NCBI RefSeq assembly: GCF_048593235.1
Contig: NC_133617.1
Coordinates: 379,134,067-379,198,066, forward strand
DNA from: Sminthopsis crassicaudata
Lineage: Eukaryota
DNA length: 64,000 nt
Reading direction: 5' to 3'
The position numbers were made by a program, and so were the translations under genes. A model generated the notes under the pieces. It searched no databases. It saw only the letters and a program-made list of their open reading frames with translations, and was not told the DNA's origin. Positions 38,201 to 52,252 of this stretch are shown piece by piece (position 1 is the stretch's first letter; the number at the start of each line of letters is the position of its first letter).

Positions 38201-39414
38201 TGCTTCACAAAACTATAAGATCCTTTTGAGATTCAGTGTGTGAAAACACTTTATGATCACGATCTACAACATAGGTAGAAGATATTTTAAAGCAATATTG
38301 GATATAATTGCTTCCTTGCAAATAAAGTAGTTATCATCTAATTAATTTTCTGTCGCTTAATATTACCTTTCTGCCATTTTGAACCAGGGCCAGCTGTGAT
38401 TATACTTTATCCACCTACATACCTCCAAACCACAAAGAAACTACATAGACATAATAGTTGTACACAGCTCCCTCCTGTAATAGGAGGGCATAGAAGAAGC
38501 ATTGTTAGCCTTAGTAGCTGATGAATGTTTCTGTTTTCCAGGGCCCATTTTACATTATCCTTGGTAGGGCCTTGAATAGAAAGCTGATTGTTATGGCACT
38601 CCTATTTGGTTTCTATGCAATATCACAACATTCCCGTATGTAATATTTTAACAAGATCATTACCGTCTGGCGTAGTTTTGTTTGGTTGATGAAGCTCTTG
38701 TGCATTGAAATGGGGCACTTTCATGTTGTTAACTTTTCAGCAGCCATCAAACCAAGACTGAATGCTAATAAACAATGGGAAAATGTGGCCAAACTGAGGT
38801 TTGTGTTCAATGACACTCAATGAGCTGATAGACTAAGTTCTCTTGATTTATTTTAATGTTTAGCTATAAAGGGGATTCATCCTTAAATGATAACTGAAGA
38901 CCATAGTTTTCTTTTGCCACTCAATACAGGCTATAGTTGCTGAGATAACTTGAGGATATGGAAAGGGAAGGAAAGCCTTTTATTTATTGTTATCTATTAT
39001 TATATTATAGATTTTATATATTATTATTTTCTATTATTTGTTCCAATTTCCCAGCATAGTGTCTTGCACATATTAACTAATGATGTTTACTGAATTGAAT
39101 AGAAATGAAAAAATTTGCTCTTCTCTCAATTGAATAATCCTCTCTTCTCTCCCTGGAAGTTTCTTCCCTTCTCTCTCCTTAATCATAGTGTACCTACATT
39201 ATTAATTTCCCAAATTTTCCACTATGTCTAGAGTAGTATTATTGCCACCTGCCATCATTGCTAGATTTGTATTCAAAGTGAAGTTATTCTACTTGGTCCA
39301 GCATTCTGGGCTTTTGTCTATTTTTCTCTGAACACAACAATGCCACTGAAAGATTACTCCTCCAGGTCTAGCTGTCTTCTGAATCTCTGTTTTTATCTTC
39401 TTTTTAATTCAAAA

Positions 39415-41400
39415 ACATTTATTAAATATATGTTTACTAATAAATGCAAGGTTTTCTATACACTATTTACTGGGGATACAAAGGCAAGAAATGCCAGTTC
39501 CTGTACTTAACTGACCTATAGTTTAGGTGGGAGAGAGCAGGAATTCTGGATATGGGAAACAACATGTGGATAACTAAGTATAATACAAGGTGACAAGATA
39601 TAAATAATATGATGTAAAAAAGTACCAAAGGGAAAGCCTTCTTTTAGTCAGGGTAATCAGGAAAGCTTCATAGAGCTGAACTTTGAAGAAGCAGGAAGAA
39701 TCTGAAATGTTAAAATGAAAAGTGAATTATCCCTAACATGGGGGTGGAGTAACCTGTGCAAAATACATGGAGGCAGGACATAAGGGATCCAGTTTGATTG
39801 TGGTATAAAAAGGAATAACGTGGGACAAGGCAAGTTAGTTTGGAGGCTGATAGTGGAGACCTATATTTGACTAACAAAGGGGTTTGTATGATTGATAAAT
39901 CTACCTCCTCTGTTTTTCATCCCTTTTCTGCGCTCCAGGACCATATGTCTACCTGTTTGCTGAGTATCTCCATGAAAATATCTCATAGGCATCTCAAATG
40001 CAAATATCCAAAACAGAACAAGTGATTTTTTTTCTTTCAAATCCACTCTTCCTTCTTAATTTCCTCTTTATTTTGAAAATGGTTCTATTTTTTCAGTTGT
40101 CCAGGTTCACATCCCTGCAGTTTTCTTGGCACTCATAACAGCTATCATGTTTTCTTCATACATGGACCAGTTCATAAAACCCTAACTATCTTTCCACATC
40201 TGTTCCAGGGGCCTTCTGTTAGCAAGGACTCTATTCGTTGTTCTCTTCCTCCAAGTGATGAGCTTTCTATGGACAACCATTTGAAGAAGTATCTATACAA
40301 ACCATCATGCTCCCTTAAAATACTAACTAGTCCATGAGGCTTCAGACCACTTCTCCACCTTCCTTGCTCCTCCTTTATATGTGTTGTCTTCCCTCACTAG
40401 AATGCATGCTTCCTGAGGGCAGGGACTATCATTTTGCTTACATTAATATTCCCAGTGCTTAGTATAGTGCCTAGTACTCAGTAAGCACTTAATAAATACT
40501 TTATCTATTATCTCCTACATCCAATTAATTCCCAAATCTTATCATTTTTACATCCACAATATCTGTCACATCCATTTTCTTAATTTTATTCACACCATAA
40601 TAAACCCTCATCACTGTTTGTCTGTGATCTCAGTAGTTCCCTACTGGATCTCCCTGCATCAAGACTCTCTCTTCTCTAATCCATCCTCCATAGAATTGCC
40701 AAATTGATGGTTCTAAACTCCAGATTGGATCATATCCATTCCCTTCTCAAGAAGCTTCAGTCACTCTCTATTGTTTGTGTGATAAAATATAATAATTCTA
40801 CTTGGCATCTAAAGCTCTTCTCAATCTGGCTCCAATTATATTTGTAGAACAGCTTTTCATTTCTGCCCTCTCTCATTCTAGATGACAGTCAAAGTGGTCT
40901 ATTTTCCTCTTTTTAACACATAATATTACATCTCCTGCCTGTAGGCTTTTATACATGCTATTACCCTGGATATATTGTATATAGAGCTATTGGCCTTTGC
41001 CAAGAATATTCTCTTTGCTCAGCATATTAAAATCCCTACTTCTCTTGCGGGCAGAGTGCCTGGGTTCAAATACTAAAGTTTTTAGAAACCTGGGCAAGCC
41101 CCTTAATCTCTCCATACAGAAATTAAGATCTCCTCTAATTCCCCATCCATTATCTATGAAGTACTATCTACTATAAAAGAGATTTTCTGATTTCTTCCAA
41201 TTATCATTCTCTCATTTGCACTTATTTTATTTGCTTATCTACACACATATTGTCCCCCCCCCAACAAAATGAAAGTTCCATGAGGACAAGGACTTTTTCA
41301 TTGTTTCTTATTTGCATTTCAATTCTAGTGTATAGCTCATTGTAGATACTTAATGAATATTTTTTAGATTAAATTACATTTAATTTATTTTATGTGCAAG
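39415..41400. mobile_element. Fragmented L2 pieces in both orientations (~39415-39900 -, ~39940-41400 +)
   Basis: L2 3'-end motifs (AAACATTTATTAA; CCTGAGGGCAGGGAC...GCACTTAATAAAT) and L2 body (CATCTCAAATGCAA..TCCAAAACAGAAC). Confidence 0.65.
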
Positions 41401-42583
41401 ATTTTTGAGCAAAGAAATCATGTAAATAGACTTGTACCATAGCAATCTGATTTTGGTAACTTTGTGAATTTTAATTAGAGAAGAAGCTACCATATGGTTA
41501 TTAATGCTTTTCTTCTGGAATTGGGATCTAATTCTTGAAGAAAAGGAATAACTTTCAAAAGATAGCATAGGACTCAAACTAATGAAAGCCCACAAGGTAG
41601 CCATTCCAGCCAAGTTGAATGGTTTGGTTAAGACAAAGCTAACTCTAGAAAAGTTGTCATTTCCTCTGTTTGGGTCACTTCTGTTTTTCAATTCACTCTT
41701 TTGCTCAGATGGCTCTCTATCCTTTGAAGTACCTCTTCTAATAGTTTCCATGTGTCAGTTACATGCTAAACTGCATTGCTTGAATTAATTGGCTTTCTAG
41801 ATATCAAAAACTAAGCCAAAGAATACACCTAAAGGGAACACACCTGCTAAGAGTTCAGGTTGGCCATTTATTGATCAAAAGAGACATCCAGGAACAATAT
41901 ACTATCTCTTGTTTGATTATCTCTCAGTGCCCCATTCTCTTAAAATGTGATGTCTGAAATGATTTGGAGAATATTAGATTCTGTGATAATTAGGAAATGC
42001 TTCACCGTCTGAGACCTATAGATCTAGACTGGGCTAAACTGAATTATCTTTTATAGTGTGAGATTTTAATACCAAAACTTCTATAAGTCAATTAATCACA
42101 GTCGTGAGGAATAGCCCAATAGGAATTAAACATTGAACACATCAAAGAGTAACCATTGTCAGGATAAAATCAGGTGCCATTAAATCCATGCCTTGTATAT
42201 CCAGGAGCTGTAAGGAAGGTTCAAATCCACAAAACAGCAAAGATATTTTTGGTAGGTTGTATACATCTCCATGCTAATGAAGATCCCTGAAATGTCTTTC
42301 CTTTTGGAATTACTCTATTCACTTCAACAAATTATATATATATACATATATGTAATTCCTGGTATATTTAAGGGGAGACAACATGTTAAAATGGAAAAGG
42401 CTCTCACTCTGGTGTGAAAAGACCTGGATTCAAATTCTGACTCTATTATTATTGTCTTTGAAAGTAGGAACAAATTGCTTAGCCTCAGGCTCATATTCTG
42501 TAAACTGAGGGGCTTGAATTATCTGGCCTCTTTGGTCATTTCTAGATCTATGCCTATGAATTTTTTAGAATTTCCAATCCAAT

Positions 42584-42900
42584 GTATTCTGATGGAAGTG
42601 GATATCTTCAACATAAAGAAGATCCAACTCACTTCCAGTTGATCAATGATGGACAGAAATAACTACACCCAGAGAAGAAACATTGGGAAGCGAATGTAAA
42701 TTGTTAGCACTACTGTCTATCTACCCAGGTTACTTATACCTTCGGAAGCTAATAATTAATGTGCAACAAGAAAATGGTATTTACACACATATATTGTATC
42801 TAGGTTATATTGTAACACATGTAAAATGTATGGGATTACCTGCCATCGGGGGGAGGGAGTGGAGGGAGGGAGGGGATAATTTGGAAAAATGAATAAAAAA
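42584..42900 (+). mobile_element. Short 5'-truncated L1 3' end with 15-bp TSD
   Basis: Homologous to the 3' UTR of the young L1, with a G-rich tract at 42848-42875 and AATAAA at 42892-42897. TSD AATTTCCAATCCAAT at 42569-42583 and 42901-42915. Confidence 0.9.
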
Positions 42901-43399
42901 AATTTCCAATCCAATATAAAAGACATACATGTAATAATAAAAAGCTCCATATGTAGGGAAAGAGATGTTGTTGTATCTTAAAAGGAGGCAGAAGAGACAT
43001 GTTTAGCTTCTTCTCTACTCACTCCCTACTCCAAGGGAGATTTTTACTTCTAGTGGGAAGCATAGAGTTGGGGTTGAAAGTCTCATTAACTCTATTCAGA
43101 TATAGAGAGTACCAGGCTAGAAGCATTTGTATCTATAAATATCTCCATATTTCTATATCTATCTATCTATCTCTCCATTCATTTGTTCACTTGTCCATCC
43201 ATCCATGCATGCATCTATCTATCATCTATCTATATATTACCTATCGTTTTATCTACCTGTCTGTCTATCTATCTACCCTTAAATATTATTAGTCTAGTTA
43301 ATGTGTTTGGGGGCACCATCTTCTGATTGTTTTGTCACTTCTGGAGGTAGAAGGACTGGAAGCTCTAAATACAAATCCTGACACTTTTCCCACCTAATA

Positions 43400-44511
43400 C
43401 AGGAATACCTTGGAAATATTGTAGGTTTAGCTCTGGATTAACATAATAAAGCTAATATTGCAATAAACTCAGTCACATGAATTTTATGGTTTCCCAGTAC
43501 ATATAAAAGTTGTGTTTACACTTTAGCCTATTAAACGTGCAATAATATTGTGTCTAAAATACATATTTATCTTAAATAAAATACTTTATTGCTAAATAAT
43601 GTTAANNNNNNNNNNNNNNNNNNNNNNNNNNNNNNNNNNNNNNNNNNNNNNNNNNNNNNNNNNNNNNNNNNNNNNNNNNNNNNNNNNNNNNNNNNNNNNN
43701 NNNNNNNNNNNNNNNNNNNNNNNNNNNNNNNNNNNNNNNNNNNNNNNNNNNNNNNNNTTTCATTTGAAGACTTAGAAGCTATTGTAGGGTTATTAATTAG
43801 CCTAATTTTAGTATTGCTGTGTCTTATGAAATAAGAAAGTCTGAAGAGGAGGGACATCATGTTTGGTGGAGTGGTCAGAACACATCCATTTATTGTTAGT
43901 CATTTTATATAGTTGTGGTTTGTGATACCCCCCCCAAATTACAAAATAACATCAAAGATCACTGCTCACTGATACAATAATAATGAAAACATTTGAAATA
44001 TATTGAAAATGATTTAAGACAACTCTAATAGACTTAGGATGGGAAATGCTATCTGTATCCAGAAAGAGAACTATGGAGACTGCATGTTAATTGAAGCCTA
44101 CTTTTTTCATCTTTTTTTGTTTGTTTTCTTTTTCTTTCTTTTTTTCTTCTCTTTTGGTCTGATTTTTCTTGAACAACATGACAAATATGGAAATATATTT
44201 ACAAGGATTGTACATATTTAACCTATATCAGATTGCTTCCTGTCTTGGGGAAAGGAGAGAAGAAGAAAAATTTGGAGCACAAAGTCTTACAAAAATGAAT
44301 GTTGAAAACTATATGTGTATTAAGAAAAATAAAGTTCTATTGAGAAAAAATAAAATTAACAATATGTGACAGACATACAATGTGAACACTTGCTATTGGA
44401 AAATGTTTTCAATAGACCTGTTCAACATAGGATTGCCATATACCTTCAATTTGTAAAAATCATATCTGTGAAGTTCAATAAAACAAAGCACAACAAAACA
44501 AGATATGCTTG
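43400..44511 (-). mobile_element. Tigger1-derived (pogo/Tc1-mariner) element with both TIRs, interrupted by an L1 fragment and a gap
   Basis: TA|CAGGAATACC at 43398-43409 and GATATGCTTG|TA at 44502-44513 (TA TSD). Internal matches to Tigger1 as I recall it: GCAATAAA..C.GTCACA.GAATTTT.TGGTTTCCCAGT, and the transposase start INNPTIASKSSNE (Tigger1: INNPTMASKCSSE). Confidence 0.85.
44006..44363 (+). mobile_element. Older L1 3' UTR fragment nested in the Tigger1 element
   Basis: GAAATGCTATCTGTATCCAGAAAGAGAACTATGG...CATGACAAATATGGAAAT...GGAGCACAAAGTCTTACAAAAATGAATGTTGAAAA, homologous to the reverse complement of 19200-19480. Tigger sequence resumes after it. Confidence 0.8.
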
Positions 44512-47299
44512 TATACAACAAATACACATAGCAAATACTTCTTTGCTATTTGCATTTAGCTATTAGCAAATAGCAAAGAAGTACATTTACCCCAATCATA
44601 GCATAACAGATCCTTTCCCATCTTTTATGATCTCTTTGAGATATAGACCCACACTATCATTCTTAATAATTATCCAAGTGTCTTTTTAGAGCAGCTGACC
44701 TCAGTTCCTATATAACTGAGCAGAATGAAATTCCATTCCTTAGCACTTTCCTGATACTGCCAATCATTTGGAGGATTAGGGAATGGGAAAGTGGCAATAG
44801 AATTAGCATAGTTCAGTAAGGCACCTTTGTGTCTGACCAGAAATATGGACAAAAAGCAAAATTGGTTTTGGTAAATGCCAATTTGACAATGTCCACACTC
44901 AGCAATCCTTTAAATATAATAAAATAAATTTACATTTTGAACGAATTTGATGAGTGTCAATGAGTAATAATTGTTTCCTTTCTTTAAAATGTGTAAATTT
45001 TAAATCTTAAAAATTCTTTGATGATAGATAAAAAGCTAAACTTTTTCAAAATGTAAGAGGGTTGGTTATTTTCAACTTTCTGAACAAAGAAGAAAATTTT
45101 CTCTCCTTGGTTTCTGTGCATCATTAAGATACCAGTGCTCCCATTCTAGTTCCCTTTAATGTCCTAGTTTCCTTTATGGCACCCGACAAAAGCCTGTCCC
45201 ATTTGTGGTACCATTTGTTCATTCCTTTGAGTTCACTCTCCATTTCACTCATCCTTTCACTTCCTCCTCCAAGAGAAAGAAAGGAATGGAGAGAGAAAGA
45301 GACAGAGAGACACAGACCATTCAAAGAGACAGACACACATAGAGAGAAATAGAGAGGGAAAAAAAAAAACAAGCATAAAGCAAAAAAAAGAAATAACTTA
45401 CTTCCTGTTTTTTTCATTCTTTCCATTCTCTTATGGGCTTATCTAAACCCTGTCACTCTAATCAACTAATTTCATCTAAAATGCTAGTGGTTAATAATAG
45501 CTCAAAAGTTTTCCTTCTCAGATTCATTTGTATTTTGATAGTATTTTCCATGCCTTGACCCAAAAGTAGAGGATAATTTGAAAATTTTGGAGCCAAAGAG
45601 GGAGATTGTTTCTGGGATCATTTTCGAACACCCCTCCAATTACATCTATACATTCTTCTAACCAAGAAAGCCAACACTGTAGGCAGTGTTCCATAGCAAT
45701 ATTAATTCATTATTACTTGTAAGGATCAAAATACATACCATCAACTCAACAAAATAATGTTCTTTTTCCTTACATATATTAATAAATGATTACACATTAT
45801 TCATATACCAATGAGCCATACTGCAAAACATGATGCCCAAAGGGCATTTTTAGCAGATCATTTGCTTTTAGAAAGATAATGTGACAAAATAAATAAAATC
45901 TGGAAGGTATGTGTCTAAGTACCACAACTAAAGCATATTGACTTCCTGACCCTAGGTAATTCACTTAACATGCAGTAGACCATCCCGTAAGGTGACAATC
46001 TCAAATAAAAATGGGTCCTTCTAGGTCACATATTGACTTAAAAAATACAAATTAACATTATGCTGTTATTTTGTTAAAGATTCCCCAATTACATTTCAAT
46101 CTGGTTCAGGCTGCACTTTCAAGTTTTTCTGACCCCAGCCAGCAAGTTTAATACCTCTTATGAATCTAGGCAACTTTCCAAGATTCTGCATTGAAAATAA
46201 GATACTGACTTGTATTGGTAGAGGAAGTTTTCTCTTCTGGAAATTCTCTGTACCAATGAAAACTCATGTTCAATCTCTATCTGCTATAGAATTATAAGGG
46301 TTATTTTAGCAAGTTATACTGGGCTAGGAAACTTGTCTCTTTTATTTTATAGCAAGATATGTGTCACATCAACATGATAAAATCTAGTTTGGAGAGTCAA
46401 GGAATTAAAGCAAAAATTCCCAAACTGTATATGTAAGCTGGCGATACAGAAGCTTCTCAAGGAGGTGTGACAAATATTTGCTAAATAACTGTATTAACCT
46501 GTTGAAATCTTCCAAAAAAAAAAAAAAAAGCACTGATAGTGAAAAAAGTTGTGGATTAGAGAAAAAAAGAATGAGGAGACCAGAGCAAATGAAGAAGGGA
46601 GCAAGTATTGAAGGAATATTCTTAATGACCAAAATGAAATAAATGAGGTGCAGATATGAAACTTTTTATCATACTGAGATAGTAAACAATTAGATCTATC
46701 TAGTGAAAGATGATTACCACAATCAAAAACTCCAAATTGATTTATAGTCAGTTATAATTTTTGATATACCCTTAGAAAAACATATCACATTCTTTCTAAA
46801 TATATAAATGAAATTTTACTTCCATTTATAGTAACTAATGCCTGTTTATCAGAATTCTCAGTTTTTTCTCAATCACCTTCAAAGCAAGAAACAAAATAAA
46901 GGTAGAATATATGATATATGCATGTATCTCAAAGTAAACAAACACAAAAACCCACCTCTATCAAAATTGATACTGTTGGTTAGCAATAAAAAGAATCAAA
47001 TGTCTAATTTATTTGAGTACTTCTCATAAACACTTAACAATTTTATTATACTAAAAATGTTATTACTAAAATTTTGCTTATAAAATATTATATATTGTTT
47101 TTATTTTATGTGGGCATGCATCATATATACAGAATACATACATACATATATATATATATATATTAAACAAAAAATTTATTTCCTTTCATATCAAATGGAG
47201 AATAAAAGGTTATTGAAAAGAAAGGAATTAAAAGACTGAAAAAAATTTGGGAACTTCTGAATAAAAGGGACCCTACAGGATATACAGTCTAATTTCTCA

Positions 47300-48258
47300 A
47301 TTTTCCTTTTCCTTTTTCTTTAATTTTCTTGAGATACAGACCTAGTAATTGTAATGCTGGGGCCACAGGACATATAAAGTTATAAAAAATTGGGTGTAGT
47401 TCCAAATTGCTCTATAGAATGGTTGGACCAGTTCATTAGTGTCCCATTTTGTCACACATTCTTCCAACATTTATTGTTTTCCTTTTCTTTCATGTTAAAT
47501 TATTCCTTGCCTTTACAAAAAGGGCTGCTACAAATATTTTTGCATATGTGGATCATTCTTAATAATTATTCAAGTGTCTTTTTAGAACAGCTGACCTCAT
47601 TTCCTATATAACCCTGAGCAGAATGGAAATTCAGTTCCTTAGCATTTTCCAGATACTGCCAATCATTTGGAGGATTAGGGAATGGGAAAGTGGCAATAGA
47701 ATTAGCATAGTTCAGTAATGCACCTTTGGCTCTGACCAGAAATATGGTGTGAGGTGATTCCTCAAAATTGTTTACTTTTCATTTCTCTAAACAATAGTGA
47801 TCTAGAATATTTTATATGACTATAGATAGCTTTGATTTCTTCTTCTGAAAACTATCCATTCATATCCTTTGACCATTTAGCAACTGGGAAATGACTCTTA
47901 TTTTCATAATTTTAATTCAGTTCTCTAAATATTTGAGAAATTATTCCTTTACCAGAGAAACTTGTGGTAATTTTTAAGGTACCTTCTTTCCTTTTAATTT
48001 TGGTTTCATTTATTTCCCTTGTGCCAAACCTTTTCAATTTTATGGGATCACAATTATCCATTTTATTTCATATAATCCATTCTATTTCTTATTTGGTCAT
48101 AAATTTTTCCCTTATCCACAAATCTGACAGGTGAAATTTTCCATGCTTCTCCAGTTTGCTTATAGCATCAACAATTATATTTAAATAATATCCCTATTTT
48201 GACCCTTTCTTGATATACCATGTGAAATATTAGTCTATACGTAAGTTCTGCCAAACTG
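47300..48258 (-). mobile_element. Rearranged old L1 ORF2 3' fragment
   Basis: Blocks homologous to 15300-16090, but out of order and interrupted by a non-L1 segment at 47552-47747. Confidence 0.75.
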
Positions 48259-48259
48259 A

Positions 48260-49610
48260 AATATTGAGAGACTTGAGAAAGGCAGACCAGTTATCTAAAC
48301 AATAATCTGTGTAAAAGGTGTTGAGAACCTGAACTAAGGTGACAGCTTTATTGAGCAGAGAAAAGAAGGATAGATGTAAGAGAAATTGAGATGAAGATAG
48401 GCATTTCAAAATTTGGCAAATTTTTGAATATTTGAGATGTGGGAAAGTGAAGAGACCAGGAAAATGATAGTTCCTTTGAAAGAAATAGGGAAGTTAGGAA
48501 GAGGAAGTATTTAGAGGGAAAGATTATGAGTTCAACTTGAGACATAAAGAGTATGGAGTGTCTCTGAGACACTCAGTTTGAAACTTGGAGTGAAAGCCTG
48601 GGACTGGAAATAGAGATTTGGGAGTCATCTACGTAGAAATGATAGTTTTTCNNNNNNNNNNNNNNNNNNNNNNNNNNNNNNNNNNNNNNNNNNNNNNNNN
48701 NNNNNNNNNNNNNNNNNNNNNNNNNNNNNNNNNNNNNNNNNNNNNNNNNNNNNNNNNNNNNNNNNNNNNNNNNNNNNNNNNNNNNNNNNNNNNNNNNNNN
48801 NNNNNNNNNNNNNNNNNNNNNNNNNNNNNNNNNNNNNNNNNNNNNNNNNNNNNNNNNNNNNNNNNNNNNNNNNNNNNNNNNNNNNNNNNNNNNNNNNNNN
48901 NNNNNNNNNNNNNNNNNNNNNNNNNNNNNNNNNNNNNNNNNNNNNNNNNNNNNNNNNNNNNNNNNNNNNNNNNNNNNNNNNNNNNNNNNNNNNNNNNNNN
49001 NNNNNNNNNNNNNNNNNNNNNNNNNNNNNNNNNNNNNNNNNNNNNNNNNNNNNNAGGAAAAATAGAGGGAAGAAGGAAAGATGTCAAAGGACAGAACCTT
49101 ATGGAACATGAACAATTAGGTGTAATGATGATGAATCTGCAAAAGAAATTAAGATGCAATGGTCACACAGCTAGGAGAAGAATGAAGAAGGAATGGTGTT
49201 ATGAAAACCCAGAGGATATAGTATCCAGTAGGGGAAGATGGTTAATAGTGTCAAAAGAAGCACATAAAAGGTTGAGAAAATGAGAATTAGGAAAAGATAA
49301 TCAGTTTAGGTAATTAATAAATCATTGTTTACTTTGCATCTCTATACACATTTATAATGGTTTTATTTTTCCTCCCTTTCAATAGATGGGGAAGAGGGAG
49401 GAGAGGAAAGTAGAGAATTTGGAACTAAAAATAAAGTAACATTGAATTAAAACATTGGTAACTTTGGAGAGAAATTTTGGTCCATTGATGACATTGGAAA
49501 TAAATTGCAAAGAGTTAAGATGTCAGAAGAGATGAAGGAGAAGCCATGAATATAGATATCTTTTTCTAGACATTTGGATAAGAAAGGAAAGGAAGTTATA
49601 GGATGATAGC
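48260..49610 (-). mobile_element. L2 fragment spanning the third gap
   Basis: Purine-rich L2 body (GAGTTCAACTTGAGACAT...GTTTGAAA, GGAAGATGGTTAATAGTGTCAAAAG...GGTTGAGAAAATGAG). Confidence 0.6.
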
Positions 49611-52252
49611 AAATGTATTTATTGTGATGTCTATTATTCTAAGAAATGGGAAGAGATGCTGATTTAAAGAAAAGGATATTTCCAGGGTAGCTATCAGTAC
49701 CCATAGTATTGTTGCCACCTGTGGACAACTGAAAGGAATCCTTTATTATATCTGCACTATGTTTCTTTCTAAGTGAAAAACATTTAATCTTTGGCATTAT
49801 GTGCTTTTTATTCTGTTAGTATTCAATAGTATCCCCTGGGGGATAATAATTGTCTGTCTCTAAGTCTGGCCTGACAGTTCACATTATGTCACATTGCTGG
49901 TCACTGAGCCAAGAAAATTCCTTGACCATAACTCAAGAGAGCAGGTAAAATTATTTTAGCTTCTACAGTAAACACCCATTAATTCAAACTGATTTGTATC
50001 CTATTTTGGAGAGGAAGTGTGGTATCATGGGAAAAAAGTAGAAAACTCAGGGTCAGGAATGTAAACTAACACTTGCTCACCCTGGACAGGCATTTCTACT
50101 CTCTCTGCCTCTGTTTCTTCATCTATAAAATTGAGCTCATAATATTTCTGTTACTGAACTTGTGGGATTATTGTAGAAAAAATATTTTGTAAACATTAAA
50201 TCTGAATTATTGGTTTTAATTTAAACCTTGCAATCATTTGGACATCAACTGAGTAAGTCTCTTTTTCACAAATGTTGGAAATTATTAACATAAGTATAAT
50301 TGGTATAAATTAAATAAGTATAATTAGTATAAATTGATTATTAGTATAAACTAAGAGAAATAGACCATTTTAGACAATATTTTGCAAATAGACTGTGTAA
50401 GAAAAAAGTATTGATTACAAATCAGAAAGATAGCTGGTATAGTGAATAAATCAATAACTGGATTCAACCCTATCTCTAAATCTGTATATCGACTATATGA
50501 TCCTGGATTCGTCACTTATCATCTTGGTTCTACAGGAAACTAAGACTACACACAACAAAGCAAGCACCAATATGCATTGATACAGTGATTTGCCTATACC
50601 AATGAAATCATAAGCTCAAATAAAACTATAAATCACTTCTGGTTTTTTAATGAGCTGCCTAAAGATCTTGGGATCTTTCCTTATGATTTGCAGCTGCAAT
50701 CTTTTATATGTGATTTTTTTTCCTTCTCCCATCCCATTAGAATGAAAACTCTTTTGGGTTTTTTTGTGATAATTAAAAAATTTTAATAATATTTTCCAAT
50801 TAAAAACTCTTCTATTTAATTTTTTTTAAATCTTAAGTTCCAAATTTTCTCCCTCCTTTCTTCTTCTCCCTCCTCCTTGAGATGATAAGTAGTTTGATAT
50901 AGATTACACATGTGCAATCATGCAAAACATGTTTCCATATTAGTCATGCTGTGAAAGAAAAAAACAGGATGGAAACTTCTTGAGAGCACAGATTATCTTA
51001 TTTCTCTATCTGTATTTCCAGTTAGCAGAGTGTTCATATTAAATACTTTATAATTATTTTATTTATTCATTCATAGAACAGACTTCTCAACCAACACTTT
51101 ACCCATAACATCATTAGCTTTCCAAGCTGCAATCCCAACTCAACTTGTCCTAACCTACTTCAGACATCAGTAATTTCAATTAGTTTTACCTCCAATTATT
51201 CAAAATTTATGAGGCTTTATTCTACTTAATGCAGATCTCTCATCTGTAGATAAAACAGGCAAATTTCCCTACCTTTATTCAGTCCATTATTGCACTTAGC
51301 TGCATTCTGAAAATGGCAAATAGCAGTATAATTATAGTCTATTCACTTCTTCTAAGAATTCAGCAACTTATCACCTGACTTTTCTTAATTCCTGAATTTT
51401 TTATAATTTCCATTCTCTTTTGCCAAAGAGGTAATGTTTTATTTCCTCATTCACTTTTAGCTCCTTCTTTGGCACTCTATCCTTAACTTGCTACCCTTCT
51501 AGGAATCCCTCAAATTACAGCTGGCAGAGCTGCTATTGATAATAATCACAGGACAAAATAAATATTGTAAAAATATTTTAATTTAGGTAATCAATAATAA
51601 TTGAATCAGGTATAGACACAGAATAAAAATGTGTCCTCTTAAACTAGATACCTTGGGTGTGATAGCTGTAATATTATTTCTTTCTCCTACTTTTGAAAAA
51701 TGATCATAGTTCAAGAAACATATCACAGGATTAAATCAATAGTGAGACTTCAAAAGTAGAAGGCCATTTTGTCAATATTTGGCACCAGAGGACCATTAAA
51801 AATGGATATTTTCTTTTGATGCTTCAAATTTCTTTAATGGATCCAGGTGAGCTCTACTTTGGGAAATGTTCAGTTAAAATTATCCATTTTCACTAAACAG
51901 TCAAAGTTGGTTCAAATTACAGTAATAGGACTATTGATTTTTTTTTTTTGACCAGACACATATTTTCAGTTTGGGAAACTCCTTGTGAGAAAATTTCTAC
52001 TAATACAGATGAGCAATTGTTTTGCAATCTATATTCTTAGAGAGTGATCTGGGTTACTCAGATGTTTAAGTGACTTCTTTAGGGTCAGAGTCACTGAGTG
52101 TGAGAGGACCTATACCTGACCACCAAGACTGGGTCTCTATTCACTATATCACATAGCCTCTCATACTTCTATTACTAAAGAGGATAGATTCCAATAAACT
52201 TTTTTAGTATCAGGAACTTTGCCACTATGTGAGAAAATAATAATAGGCACAT

